IMG/VR virus record: IMGVR_UViG_3300009177_000032 | Location: 1 to 64,000 of that record | Strand: one strand, 5' to 3' | Origin: a virus | DNA: 64,000 nt | Shown here: one piece after another, positions 1 to 9,427 of the stretch | How positions within the stretch are numbered: the first letter of the stretch is position 1 | Layout: every line of letters begins with the position of its first letter | Program-made: the position numbers and the translations under genes | The notes under the pieces: generated by a model | What the model saw: only the letters and a program-made list of their open reading frames with translations | Told to the model about the DNA's origin: nothing | Databases searched by the model: none

Positions 1-1
1 G

Positions 2-1099
2 TTCCTTTTTCGAGAGAAACTCGAATATGAGGTTGTGCGCCGGATTGTTTTTCGGGCTCAACCGGTAGCCGAGCTCCGGGACGGTCGTCTTTTCGAGCTC
101 AAAAAGCAGCGGCTCGAGCTGGTTTTTCACAACGTCATCCATGACCTCCTTGGCAATGGGGTTTGCCGCGTCGATTTTCTCGACGTTTTCAGCGGTCAAT
201 ATCGGGTTGCCTTTGGCGTCTTTCACGTGCGCGGCCAGCTCCGGGCTTACGGACTCGACGAACCTCAGGATCTTCCGGTCGATCTGCTGCACGATCGTGC
301 TACCGGCCTTCTCGAGCGCCTTTTCCTGGCGTTCCTTGCGCCGTTCCTCCTCGATCGGCTTTAAGCGCTCTTGGACCTTTGCCTCCGCGGCCATGTCGAT
401 ACGCCCCTGCTCGATCTCGGCGGGGTCAATGTTCGGCTGGTTCGCGGCATACCATGCGGCGTGCTCGTCATCCTCGGGGTTAAACTCCTTATCAGGGTTC
501 TTTTCCATCCAGTCGTTGACGTACGCATAGTGTTTTTGAACGTAATCGGTGTACGCCTGAGACATTCCCTTGTAACGGGGGTTGGTCAGCTCGAGGTATT
601 TGATGACTTCGAGGTCGCGCTTGTCGTCGTCGTTCATGTCCGGTACGGCCGCTGGCGGAGGAGCCGCCGGAGCTGCTGGTTGTGCCGGCTGCAAAACCTT
701 GGCTACCTCTCGAGCAGTTTCGCGCGCCGTCAAAGAGGCAATCTCCTGAGGGGTGAGTTCCGCCGGCTCGGGGATCTCCGGCTCTGCCGGCGGTTCCGCT
801 GGTGCCGCAGGTGCACCGGAAGCCGGCGCCTCCGGAGCGGCCGGGGCAGCGGTCATATCCTCGACACGCTTCCTCGGGGCCTCGCCCCATCCCATCGCCC
901 GGTAAAGTCCTTTGGTTTGCTCCGGCGCGTCCTCAAACACGGGCTCCGGCGCAGCTTCCGGCACCGGTTGATCGGCTTGTGGTTGTGCCGGTGCCTCGGC
1001 AGGTTCGGCGGGCTCGCCGGCCGGGGCGGCGCGCAATGGTTTTCCCGTTTTCCAGTCGAGTGCGGGAGGGGGAGGGCTCTTGGTGAATGTTACTTCCAT
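2..1099 (-). CDS. Putative head scaffolding protein (partial, runs off left edge; absent from ORF track)
   Basis: Manual translation from ATG at 1099: MEVTFTKSPPPPALDW..., Pro/Ala/Glu-rich N-terminus then charged helical region, open to the edge; lies downstream of the portal-like gene. Confidence 0.6.
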   Translation of the reverse strand, partial: MEVTFTKSPPPPALDWKTGKPLRAAPAGEPAEPAEAPAQPQADQPVPEAAPEPVFEDAPEQTKGLYRAMGWGEAPRKRVEDMTAAPAAPEAPASGAPAAPAEPPAEPEIPEPAELTPQEIASLTARETAREVAKVLQPAQPAAPAAPPPAAVPDMNDDDKRDLEVIKYLELTNPRYKGMSQAYTDYVQKHYAYVNDWMEKNPDKEFNPEDDEHAAWYAANQPNIDPAEIEQGRIDMAAEAKVQERLKPIEEERRKERQEKALEKAGSTIVQQIDRKILRFVESVSPELAAHVKDAKGNPILTAENVEKIDAANPIAKEVMDDVVKNQLEPLLFELEKTTVPELGYRLSPKNNPAHNLIFEFLSKKE

Positions 1100-1101
1100 G
1101 A

Positions 1102-1407
1102 TTATTTCTCTCTGGTTGTTACCGGTTTTGGCAAAAGCTGAGCGTGCTCCGGAGTGTAGCTACGATCAGCAAACTTGATCATTATCTCCCATGCTGCTTG
1201 AAATTTTCTGGCCTCCGCCGCCTTCTGCTCTGCCTCGAGCTTCGCTGTCTCGCTCCCTTCTACGAGAAGGTTGCCGGCCTCCGCGGTGAGCATAGCGGCC
1301 CTGTTGGACAGCCAACTTACAAAAGTGTCGAATGCTGGATTTGTGAGCCACTCGCGGACAGCCTTAACTTGGGCTTCCGGCAAGGGGAGCGGTTGAAAGT
1401 GAATCAT
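1102..1407 (-). CDS. Hypothetical protein between portal and scaffold
   Basis: 101-aa helical ORF, stop 2 nt before next ATG. Confidence 0.7.
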   Translation of the reverse strand: MIHFQPLPLPEAQVKAVREWLTNPAFDTFVSWLSNRAAMLTAEAGNLLVEGSETAKLEAEQKAAEARKFQAAWEIMIKFADRSYTPEHAQLLPKPVTTREK

Positions 1408-3739
1408 CTGCTGGATGTGGGGCTCCGGATATTACCTGTGCCAGGGTAGCGATATCCGATTGGTTCTTTTGCGTAGCGTCTGCGAGCGGCTTAATCATCT
1501 TTTGGACTTCAGCCATGACGCCTTGTAACTGCTGCTGAGCTGCCGCCTGCTGCTGTTGCGGACTTGCGCCCGCCGGAGTGACGTCCCTGAGCTGGAAGTC
1601 ACGGTCCAAGCCGGCCAGTTGCGCGATCTGGTTGGCCAGGTCAATCGCCTGCTGTGATCCGATGGCCTGAGCAGTCATCGGATTGGCGAGAAGCTGTTGA
1701 ACGAGCTGAGTCATCACCTGAGCTGTGCCGGCATCGTTCATCCGGTCGTCCCCGTCTCGGGTCGCGGCAATTTCCCAAAGGTCGATCGCCGTTTTCTGCT
1801 TTTTGACGCGGACCCGCCGATGATGATCCCTCTCGTGAAACATCGTGTCATGCTCCGCCCAGGTAAATCCCATGTCCTCGAGGACCTTGCTCGAAAGTGG
1901 GATATCCGTAGCGACGTGGACGTACATGTCATCATCGCCGAAAGCCATTAGCCCGTTGTAGAGCTGCCGTTTCCAGGCGTCCCGATAAATATCCACGGGC
2001 GTGCTCGTGAAAAGCAGCCGCGTGCTTGTGCTCGCCGCGATGTTGCGCACCTCCTCGCGCGTCTGCTCATGGCTGGCGGCCTGTGCTACCTCGTGGCTGC
2101 TCATCACCAGCACCCGCTCGAGGACGTCCAGAATGGTTTTGAGCACATTGATAAGCTCGGCCACGTTGCCCCGCGGGAATGTCGCTGAGTGAACCGCCTC
2201 GGGGATTTTGTTCTGCGCCCGGATGGCCTGTTTGCCGCTGAAGGGGACGATGTTAAGCGCGCGGAAAATCTTCTCACCAAGGTTTTTGATGATGCTCTTG
2301 CCCTCGCTCGTGATCTGGTCCTCGTCGACAAAGGTCAGGTTGGCCAGGTTCTGCTTAGCCGTCATCACGATCTGCGTGAGAATGTTCGAAAACTGGTCTT
2401 GGAAGGGCAGAATTTCGAGGCTCAGTGAGGCGTTGTTTGTCCGCGACTCGTCAGCATCGTAGCCCAGGTAAAGGATCGGGCTGTAAGGGAGCGGCTCGGC
2501 ATACAAAAACGTGGAGATATCGCCGCCGACAACGAAACGGAACCAAACCGGCTCGTCATAGTCGCCTAAGCCGTTCTGCGAAGGGATCAGCTTCTCAAAA
2601 TGGTCAACGGTAAGGACACCCTGGTCGAGGTGATCGGTCCCGTAATAAAGGTAGGCAAGCGCCTTCTCCCGGTCCATGTCCCCAATGCCGGCGCCGGTTT
2701 GAGCCAGGAGCGTATTGCCGTCATTGGTCTTTGTCGGCGTCACGGGAATGTTGAGGGTGCACGCGGAGTAAACCGTGGCAAAAAATGTCCGGTGATCCAC
2801 TACCAGGGAGTTGGGACCTACGCTGATTTGGTCCTTGTTCCAGTAGTTGGAGTTTACGATATCCCGGTAGCGTCGAATGCTCCAGTACCCGCCAAACTCA
2901 CAGCCCGTGTCGTAATTGTAGGTGTAAGGGCCATGGTTAAGGTCGCGGTAAAATCTGGTCGGGTGAGGGTGATGATATCGGAGCCCCTCCTTAATCGTGA
3001 CCTTTATCAGGTCGCCGAGCTTGCAATTCTCTCCGCCTGGGGTCTTGGCCTCGGCTGCGACGTCCTTCTCGTCGGCATGCTTCCATTGCTGCTCGTTGTG
3101 CCAGGACTCTTTTGGAAACTGAAAGCACCAGCCGTAATGGAGCATCTTGAGCACGGCCTGCTTCATCACGTCGTAGTAACCGTACTGGTTACTCATCGTC
3201 TGAATGCGGTCCGTAATTGCCCCGCACTTCAGCCGGTTTACCGCAGTGGCCTTGATCGGGTCGAACTTGAAGAACGGGATCAGCCGGCGGTCGTTCATTA
3301 TTTTCGCCCATCGAATGGTCACGTAAGCGCGAACCAGCGGTACGAAAATGTTGAAGAACATCGGCAAATTGAATGTCTTTTTGCCGGTCGGCTTCCCCGT
3401 GCGCGAGTCGAGCTCCTGATCAATCAGGTGCGTGAGCCCCAGGTCCGAAACCATTCGCTGCACCTCGCCATCGTCGAGTGTGTCGCCGCGTTCGATGAAA
3501 TAGGCCAGGAGGGTAGGACTGATCTGTCGGAAAGGGGTTTCCCACGCGAGGTCCAGGGCGTGATAAATCCGGTAATCTTGAAAGTTGCGGTTCATCCCCT
3601 CCTGAATGCGCGAGCGGATGCGCTGCCAAAGCGCTACGCGGCCCTCGTCCGCTTTCCAAGTAAGCGGATTGCCGGAGAGTTTGGCCTTTAGCGTCTCCTC
3701 GGTGACGCCTTTAGCTGCAAGTATCTTGAGGTCGACCAT
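1364..3739 (-). CDS. Putative portal protein
   Basis: 791 aa, next to terL, Gln-rich helical C-terminus as in podovirus-type portals; position upstream of scaffold-like gene. Confidence 0.65.
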   Translation of the reverse strand: MVDLKILAAKGVTEETLKAKLSGNPLTWKADEGRVALWQRIRSRIQEGMNRNFQDYRIYHALDLAWETPFRQISPTLLAYFIERGDTLDDGEVQRMVSDLGLTHLIDQELDSRTGKPTGKKTFNLPMFFNIFVPLVRAYVTIRWAKIMNDRRLIPFFKFDPIKATAVNRLKCGAITDRIQTMSNQYGYYDVMKQAVLKMLHYGWCFQFPKESWHNEQQWKHADEKDVAAEAKTPGGENCKLGDLIKVTIKEGLRYHHPHPTRFYRDLNHGPYTYNYDTGCEFGGYWSIRRYRDIVNSNYWNKDQISVGPNSLVVDHRTFFATVYSACTLNIPVTPTKTNDGNTLLAQTGAGIGDMDREKALAYLYYGTDHLDQGVLTVDHFEKLIPSQNGLGDYDEPVWFRFVVGGDISTFLYAEPLPYSPILYLGYDADESRTNNASLSLEILPFQDQFSNILTQIVMTAKQNLANLTFVDEDQITSEGKSIIKNLGEKIFRALNIVPFSGKQAIRAQNKIPEAVHSATFPRGNVAELINVLKTILDVLERVLVMSSHEVAQAASHEQTREEVRNIAASTSTRLLFTSTPVDIYRDAWKRQLYNGLMAFGDDDMYVHVATDIPLSSKVLEDMGFTWAEHDTMFHERDHHRRVRVKKQKTAIDLWEIAATRDGDDRMNDAGTAQVMTQLVQQLLANPMTAQAIGSQQAIDLANQIAQLAGLDRDFQLRDVTPAGASPQQQQAAAQQQLQGVMAEVQKMIKPLADATQKNQSDIATLAQVISGAPHPADDSLSTAPLAGSPS

Positions 3740-4071
3740 TAGTTGATCGGTTTCGTCTTACCCTCAAAGGCTTCTTTGGTCTGGCGCTCCTTCATATATT
3801 CGAGAGCCCCGCCGCGTTTCGGTCTTGCGGCCTGGCCACCTTTGGCCTTGGTAGCGCGCTCCATGTGCATGACGTCGAACTCCCTGGTCAGTGGCATCGG
3901 TCGCTCGCCGGCAGCTAACGACTCACTTGGCATCTCGTTCATGTTTGGCCCCGCCTTCATCGGCTTGGGAGCTGGCACCGGGCGCGCGTGGATGATCACA
4001 TTATCGTCCTCGTCCATGTCGTTTACGGCTGGATGATGCGCAGGGAGGGATATTCGATGGATTGGCTTCAT
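3739..4071 (-). CDS. Hypothetical protein
   Basis: 110-aa ORF whose stop overlaps the portal ATG. Confidence 0.65.
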   Translation of the reverse strand: MKPIHRISLPAHHPAVNDMDEDDNVIIHARPVPAPKPMKAGPNMNEMPSESLAAGERPMPLTREFDVMHMERATKAKGGQAARPKRGGALEYMKERQTKEAFEGKTKPIN

Positions 4072-4100
4072 GGGTGAACAGGTGTTGGCCGAGCAATCAT
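4068..4100 (-). CDS. Putative leaderless 10-aa leader peptide (MIARPTPVHP)
   Basis: ATG 7 nt after TATAAG; its TGA overlaps the ATG of 3739..4071 (ATGA). Confidence 0.4.
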   Translation of the reverse strand: MIARPTPVHP

Positions 4101-4107
4101 TGCGCGG

Positions 4108-4144
4108 CTTATACTCTTGAGCTTTTGGGCACGCAACGTAAATC
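4108..4144. promoter_or_regulatory. Overlapping divergent promoters for portal operon and terL
   Basis: Minus: TTGCGT-N17-TATAAG-N7-ATG(4100); plus: TTGAGC-N16-TAAATC-N6-ATG(4151). Confidence 0.5.
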
Positions 4145-4150
4145 TGTCGA

Positions 4151-5716
4151 ATGCCGTTAGACTCATCTGGTCATTGGTATCCGAATTTGTTTGGTCGACA
4201 GCTCGAGGTTTTCAACAGTTTCTCACGCTCCCTGCTGGTGTGCGGTCCGCGTAAAAGCGGCAAAACATGGGCCGTCCTGCACAAGATCGTAAGGCACCTT
4301 TGGGAGACAAAAGGCGCTCGGGTCGCGATGTTCTCGCGCACTTTGAAAAACTCCAAGGAGGGCGGGACTTGGTCCGACCTGCACACAATCACGCTCCCCG
4401 AATGGATCCGGGCAAAGATAGGACTCAAATACACAACCAAAAGCCAGGAAGGCCGGCCGGGGCCAAAGACTGACGGCCAAACCCGAACCCCTTACTTTCG
4501 GATCAGCAACGTGCACGGGGGTGAGTCGGAGTTGATGCTTTTCAGCCTGGACCATGACCCGGATATCGAGTCGAAAATAAAAGAGCAGCGCTTCTCGATG
4601 ATCTACTTTTCGGAGCTCTCGAAATTCCGCGATCGTATGGTCCTCTCGGTCGCCCTTCCATCCCTGCGCATGCCGCATCTCACCATGGAGGAGCAGCAAT
4701 GGATCGCCGACACAAACCCTGGCGAGGAAGGGGACTCCTCTTGGATTTATGAGGTCTGGTATATCGAACGAAACCAGAGCTACAAGGAATACACCGAGCG
4801 CAACACCGAGCGGGGCCGGCCCACGATGCCCGAAGCCATCTTTTACAATTTCCAGAGAGGTTTGCAGCTCATCGAAATCAACCCCGAGGAAAACCCGCAC
4901 TTGGATCCGCGCGAGCTCGACGAGCTCAAAGCCACTTACGCCTATGACGAGGGCCTCTACGCCCGTTACGTCTTGGGGAAGTGGGTCTACGGTGAAGGGG
5001 ACGCATCCATCCACTTCAAGGGCAAATTCAACCCCGCTGTCCACGTCATCGGCTCCACGGAAGGCAATGAATCAGAATGGATCTGTGCTAATCCTCACCC
5101 CAGCTCGTTCGAGCTAATCACCGGTTGGGACATTGGCGAAACCAATCACGCCGCGGTTGTGGTCGACCGGGTCGTTGTCGGCGGGCGATCGGTTTTCATC
5201 GCCGTGGATGAGCTCGAGGTCCTCGGGCGAGAGGTAAGCGTTGCAGACTTCACTGTTGAATTCATGGAGCTCATCAAAGCGCTTGAAAATACGGCCGGCA
5301 AGGAATACTCCCTCGACCGGTCATGGTCCGACCGCTCGAGCCTTGAGAAATACTCCGCCACTGCCGACACTTTCCCTTACCTCGAGGTCTACGCAGCCAG
5401 CGCCAAGCGGATTTACCTTCGGGCATGCCCAAAGCCGGCGGGATCGGTAAAGACCAGGGTCCAACTTGTCAAAACATTGCTCCACAATAAGCGCCTGTTC
5501 ATCTCCGCCCACTGCAAGGGGCTAATCCGCATGATGAAAGAGCTTAAGAAGGGATCCGACCGTCTCGAATACGTTTGCCAGGACGAGAACAAGCACCTTT
5601 TCGACGCGCTCACCTACGCTTTGCTCATGGAATGCTCCGAGGAGCTCGAGCTGACGCCGGCAATCACCGAAGGGCAGCGTTTACCGTCCTTCGCGACGAG
5701 TATCCGGATGGCATAG
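4151..5716 (+). CDS. terL: Terminase large subunit
   Basis: Walker A GPRKSGKT, Walker-B-like IYFSE, coupling motif DTNP, RNase H-like nuclease GWDIG...HLFDALTY. Confidence 0.9.
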   Translation: MPLDSSGHWYPNLFGRQLEVFNSFSRSLLVCGPRKSGKTWAVLHKIVRHLWETKGARVAMFSRTLKNSKEGGTWSDLHTITLPEWIRAKIGLKYTTKSQEGRPGPKTDGQTRTPYFRISNVHGGESELMLFSLDHDPDIESKIKEQRFSMIYFSELSKFRDRMVLSVALPSLRMPHLTMEEQQWIADTNPGEEGDSSWIYEVWYIERNQSYKEYTERNTERGRPTMPEAIFYNFQRGLQLIEINPEENPHLDPRELDELKATYAYDEGLYARYVLGKWVYGEGDASIHFKGKFNPAVHVIGSTEGNESEWICANPHPSSFELITGWDIGETNHAAVVVDRVVVGGRSVFIAVDELEVLGREVSVADFTVEFMELIKALENTAGKEYSLDRSWSDRSSLEKYSATADTFPYLEVYAASAKRIYLRACPKPAGSVKTRVQLVKTLLHNKRLFISAHCKGLIRMMKELKKGSDRLEYVCQDENKHLFDALTYALLMECSEELELTPAITEGQRLPSFATSIRMA

Positions 5717-5777
5717 TGTAGAGCGGCCCGGAGAAGTCATTCGACCCCTCAACCCTGCTCAAAGAGCTAGGCTAGAA

Positions 5778-6140
5778 CTATCCCGGCAAGCCGTGAGCGC
5801 CACGGGGGCCGCTCCACAAATCACGTATGAGCCGGCGGTACATCCGCTTTTGGGCGGGCGAACCGCGCTTCATAAACTCCATTTTGCCGTTGTGCACAAG
5901 TCGATTGTCCCGCCTTTTGTGCGGGGCCATGAGGTTGACGCCGCATCCCGCAGCGAAAGCCTCAATCGTTTTGAGCTTAACGCTGTCCCATACCCTCAGC
6001 TTTGAGATTTTGCAGACTGTGGCGCGCGAAAGGCCCGACCTCATCGCGATATCCGAGTTGGATAAAGGACGCCGCCCGCTCCGAGCCATGAGACGGCATC
6101 GGGCGGGCGGAAATCGATTAACGAATTGTGTGAGGGTCAC
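5778..6140 (-). CDS. HTH DNA-binding protein (Cro/CI-like)
   Basis: LSNSDIAMRSGLSRATVCKI...KTIEAFAAGCGV. Confidence 0.65.
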   Translation of the reverse strand: MTLTQFVNRFPPARCRLMARSGRRPLSNSDIAMRSGLSRATVCKISKLRVWDSVKLKTIEAFAAGCGVNLMAPHKRRDNRLVHNGKMEFMKRGSPAQKRMYRRLIRDLWSGPRGAHGLPG

Positions 6141-6385
6141 CCTGGGGGCTGCGTCCCCGGGCCCGTCGGATGGGTGTCAACTGGCTGCGGGTCAGTCGAC
6201 TTATTCCACTCAGGACCCGTAAAGGCCGTTCCGCCAGGGCGGAGGACTTTGACACGGTCGAACAGCTTTTGCTGCATTTCCGCCGGTATCAATCCCTTTT
6301 GGACCGCCTGCTCGATATCGGGGGCTAACTTCTCGATCAGTCCAACAAGACCGTCGGCAACTTCAAGGGCAAGGATGGGGTCCAT
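6137..6385 (-). CDS. Hypothetical protein
   Basis: 82-aa ORF tightly coupled on both sides. Confidence 0.65.
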   Translation of the reverse strand: MDPILALEVADGLVGLIEKLAPDIEQAVQKGLIPAEMQQKLFDRVKVLRPGGTAFTGPEWNKSTDPQPVDTHPTGPGTQPPG

Positions 6386-6823
6386 TTACTTTCCTGGGGT
6401 TGAGAGTGTTTTGACTGACGAAAGCACGTAATAGCGGTTCGCGACAGCAAGCATCGCGTGAATGACATTGAGCCCGGTCTGAAAAGCCGTGCGATTGGCG
6501 TCCGTCGGATTGGCCGTATAGGCATCTCGCAGGCTGAAAGCACTCGCAAACGCGGCTGGCGCCTGAGCTCGGATATCATCCGCGGCCTTGGTGATCTCCG
6601 GCGGAAGCGCTAGGCCGGCCTGGCGCTGCTGGTATTCCCAACTTACGAATCCGTGAATGGCGTCGTAGCTGGTCGCGAGTGCGAGGTCCGAGGAGTATAG
6701 GAACTTGTCCCCCTGGTAGACTCCGGTCTTATCGAGCGATCCGCAGCCTCCAGTAAAATAGAAACCCGCATTGACGAGGAGCAAAGCGGCCAGGATTGGT
6801 AGCTGAATCTTGAGATTTTTCAT
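6386..6823 (-). CDS. Putative lipoprotein
   Basis: Start at ATG 6823 (ATGA overlap): MKNLKIQLPILAALLLVNAGFYFTGGC, signal peptide ending in Cys. Confidence 0.65.
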   Translation of the reverse strand: MKNLKIQLPILAALLLVNAGFYFTGGCGSLDKTGVYQGDKFLYSSDLALATSYDAIHGFVSWEYQQRQAGLALPPEITKAADDIRAQAPAAFASAFSLRDAYTANPTDANRTAFQTGLNVIHAMLAVANRYYVLSSVKTLSTPGK

Positions 6824-7011
6824 GCTGGATTGGTTGGTTGGTTTTTTTGGATTCCGGCCCGCATTGTGACAGTTGCCACTCCGCCGAGGGTCAGGTCGAG
6901 CCAGGTCATGTGCGGCCAAACTCCAAGGCCGACGCCGGCCCCGTAAATTGCTGCCGCGAAGCCGACCATGTAGGTTTTCTTCCCTTTGAGCCAGTTGATC
7001 ACGTTTGTCAT
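6820..7011 (-). CDS. Small two-TM holin-like protein
   Basis: 63 aa, WLKGKKTY then two hydrophobic segments and RAGI. Confidence 0.55.
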   Translation of the reverse strand: MTNVINWLKGKKTYMVGFAAAIYGAGVGLGVWPHMTWLDLTLGGVATVTMRAGIQKNQPTNPA

Positions 7012-7018
7012 GATCCGC

Positions 7019-7048
7019 CTTTTACGCCTAACCCCACTGGACTAGCAA
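7019..7048 (-). promoter_or_regulatory. Putative promoter, leaderless transcript
   Basis: TTGCTA-N18-TAAAAG-N7-ATG(7011). Confidence 0.5.
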
Positions 7049-7078
7049 GTTATTTTTGCCCTGGCAGCTTCGGGAGGG

Positions 7079-7552
7079 TCATCGGCTGGACTGGATTACG
7101 GCGCTCCCCTGGAATGCCGACGAAGGCGGCGGGGTCCCCGCCAATCCGCCGAAAAAACTTTCGCCCGTGAGATTGCTGACGGTTACCGAGTAATAGTTCG
7201 CTGCCGTCGGGATATACGGCGCTGCCGAGAAATGCTGCACCTTTGCCCCGTTTGTCACAGACGCGGGGTTATTGGTCGAGAAGGCAAAAGACCATTGGGT
7301 ATTTGTGCCGAGGAGATTGGTCGCCGAGTAGATCCGGAAAGTGACATTTGTCAGGGCCGGCCAGTTTGCTGGATTGGTGAGCGTCTGACTCATCTGCTGC
7401 TGAACCTGAGTCCAGAAGTTTGAGGGATAATCCCATGCGATAATCATTTGCGACGGAGGACCCGAAGGGACCTGAGCGCTGGCGAGGGTCAATGGCAGAC
7501 CGAGCAGCCCAATTAGGGCTAATTTCCGGAATTGATTGATGATAGTTTGCAT
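7079..7552 (-). CDS. Secreted FN3/Ig-like protein
   Basis: Signal peptide (..LTLASA/Q), IAWD..FRIYSATNL..YYSVTVSN..GES pattern. Confidence 0.6.
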   Translation of the reverse strand: MQTIINQFRKLALIGLLGLPLTLASAQVPSGPPSQMIIAWDYPSNFWTQVQQQMSQTLTNPANWPALTNVTFRIYSATNLLGTNTQWSFAFSTNNPASVTNGAKVQHFSAAPYIPTAANYYSVTVSNLTGESFFGGLAGTPPPSSAFQGSAVIQSSR

Positions 7553-7566
7553 TTAATCGGCATTAA

Positions 7567-7923
7567 TTAGTGTTTTTTCCCCTTAATTACGATCCCAGTG
7601 ACTGGCGGGGGGCGCGCCAGCGGGAGATTTGTGCTGCTGCTGTTAGTCGGCACTAGGTACGAAAGCTCGGCGGAGAAATCGCTTTCCAGCCCTGACGCCG
7701 TGTAGGAGGTCGCCGCGAAAAAGTAGACGGTCCCAGGGACGAGGTTGCTCACCGTAACAAAATTATTCTTCCCCGCGTTTACGAGGTTCGTGTAGGTCCG
7801 TGATTTTACCCCATCATAGACGAAGTAGCCGGCAACGCCGCTTAATGCGTCCCACCCCAGCGTAACATTCTCAGGTCGCGCCGTGGAACAAATCAGGATA
7901 AGAGCTACCAACAGAAATCGCAT
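7567..7923 (-). CDS. Secreted fibronectin type III domain protein
   Basis: VTLGWD..VAGYFVY..VTVSNLVPGTVYFFAATSY..GLESDFS. Confidence 0.85.
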   Translation of the reverse strand: MRFLLVALILICSTARPENVTLGWDALSGVAGYFVYDGVKSRTYTNLVNAGKNNFVTVSNLVPGTVYFFAATSYTASGLESDFSAELSYLVPTNSSSTNLPLARPPPVTGIVIKGKKH

Positions 7924-7932
7924 TCCGGCCGG

Positions 7933-7961
7933 GGTTTACTCCCAAGCCAGCCCGGAAGCAA
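7933..7961 (-). promoter_or_regulatory. Putative promoter, near-leaderless transcript
   Basis: TTGCTT-N17-TAAACC-N9-ATG(7923). Confidence 0.4.
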
Positions 7962-7963
7962 GA

Positions 7964-8419
7964 TCATACGTCTTTCAGCCAACCTCCGCCGTCGGCCTGT
8001 CTCTCGCGTACCTCCATCTGGAGCCTGGCCAGGAGTATTATCGCGCTGGTCGCCTGACAGAGGCACCCGACCTGCACCGGATCGCATTTTCCCTCCGCGG
8101 CGGCCGTTGCGGCTCTCATTAGCGCGTCCGCCAGGTCGCTTGTGGTTTTGATTGGATGCGGGAGCGGGGTGTGGACGACAGCGCCTTTGATGGGCTTTAC
8201 GCCGATCTCGAGTGCTCGCCTCACAATCGCCGCCAGCCCCTTAACCTTGAACAGACTTTCGATCGAGTTTGGGTTAGGCGCGTAAATGTGAAACTCCATC
8301 GTCTTGAGTTTCATCCCGATCGTGTCCGCTATCTCCTTATGCGGGAGCCCGGTGACGAGCCCTTGGAGAATCTGATACTGTGCTTGGGATAGCCCCCCGT
8401 TCAATCTTTCTGAGTTCAC
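7964..8419 (-). CDS. LuxR-type HTH protein
   Basis: LSQAQYQILQGLVTGLPHKEIADTIGMKLKTMEFH. Confidence 0.75.
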   Translation of the reverse strand: MNSERLNGGLSQAQYQILQGLVTGLPHKEIADTIGMKLKTMEFHIYAPNPNSIESLFKVKGLAAIVRRALEIGVKPIKGAVVHTPLPHPIKTTSDLADALMRAATAAAEGKCDPVQVGCLCQATSAIILLARLQMEVRERQADGGGWLKDV

Positions 8420-8726
8420 GTTTTAGTATGAGTTGCGCGCGCTTCAGTCTGACCAGATCGTCCGGCCACGCGCTAGTAGGAATGTCAGATCGCCCCTGGC
8501 TCAGCACCAGGCGGACATACCAATCGGTTAAGTTGTCGCGGAGCCTTTTGCTCGGCCCCTCCTTCGTGGGAGTTTTTTTTCGGGAGACGTATCTCCTCCT
8601 GTAGTAAGCGCCCCTGCACCTCGGGCAATAGAGTGCGGTCCCCTCTCCCTTCTTCCACCTGCGGAGCGGCCATCGGCACTTACTGCACTTTTCTTGCCTT
8701 GAGGTCCCTATTCTCGTCGACGACAC
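8337..8726 (-). CDS. Hypothetical Zn-ribbon protein (start uncertain)
   Basis: CSKC...CPRC pair, basic composition. Confidence 0.5.
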   Translation of the reverse strand: MSSTRIGTSRQEKCSKCRWPLRRWKKGEGTALYCPRCRGAYYRRRYVSRKKTPTKEGPSKRLRDNLTDWYVRLVLSQGRSDIPTSAWPDDLVRLKRAQLILKRELRKIERGAIPSTVSDSPRARHRAPA

Positions 8727-9180
8727 GGTCCCATTGTCTTTGCTCGAGTTTAATGATCTGTTCGCGCGCCAGCCTCAGATCCTCGGTTACAGCCCGAATG
8801 TCGCGCTGGCTCACCTCCGAGCCAAGCGATTGCTCGCGCTGCAGCTTCGAGTCGAGCTTATCAAACGAGACGTCGAGCCGGCTGATCTCTCGGTTCACAC
8901 CGTAGCCAAAGGCCGTGCCGAGGAGGGCAACGAATGAAATAGCAACACCGATCCCCATCCAGATATTCCCCATGTTGGGGCTTGCCGCCCTGCGCACCTG
9001 GTCAAACATGCGCTCGGCCCGTTCCTGGGTCTGCTCGATGGCGCGCCGAAATTCTACGATGACAGCGTCCAGCTTGGTCCCGAGGTTTTGGAGCTGCTCC
9101 GCGTTCTGCCTGGATTGGGCAAAAACTTCGCCGAGCTGTACCTCTGTCTCGGTTGCGTGCTGGTCTTTATTTTGAGTCAT
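8680..9180 (-). CDS. Coiled-coil protein with one TM segment
   Basis: Heptad regions flanking IWMGIGVAISFVALLGTAFG; ATG 9180 just after upstream stop. Confidence 0.7.
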   Translation of the reverse strand: MTQNKDQHATETEVQLGEVFAQSRQNAEQLQNLGTKLDAVIVEFRRAIEQTQERAERMFDQVRRAASPNMGNIWMGIGVAISFVALLGTAFGYGVNREISRLDVSFDKLDSKLQREQSLGSEVSQRDIRAVTEDLRLAREQIIKLEQRQWDRVVDENRDLKARKVQ

Positions 9181-9184
9181 TTTT

Positions 9185-9427
9185 TTAGCGTTTCGAGAAA
9201 TGGTCAGTGTCAAAATCCCTCTTTAGATCCGCTACTACCTTGGCGTCAGCGGCGAAAAAGGAAGTCGCGGCTTTGCCAAGAGCCGTCATGAAGAAGCCGC
9301 CCATTGCCACCATAGCAACCCATTTTGGGCACGACTGAGAAGCCATCCATACAACCGGCGCGCCGACCAAAACCGTGCCGAAAACTCCGATCGCTCCGCC
9401 GAGACTTGTTCGCCAGTTGCGTTTCAT
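9185..9427 (-). CDS. Small two-TM holin-like protein
   Basis: MKRNWRTSLGG start, two TM segments, FAAD motif. Confidence 0.55.
   Translation of the reverse strand: MKRNWRTSLGGAIGVFGTVLVGAPVVWMASQSCPKWVAMVAMGGFFMTALGKAATSFFAADAKVVADLKRDFDTDHFSKR

Noticed and set aside
35-1141. Plus-strand ORFs 35..364 and 371..1141
   Set aside because: Antisense shadows of the scaffold-like minus gene
2600-3691. 363-aa plus ORF
   Set aside because: Shadow of the portal-like gene; no motifs
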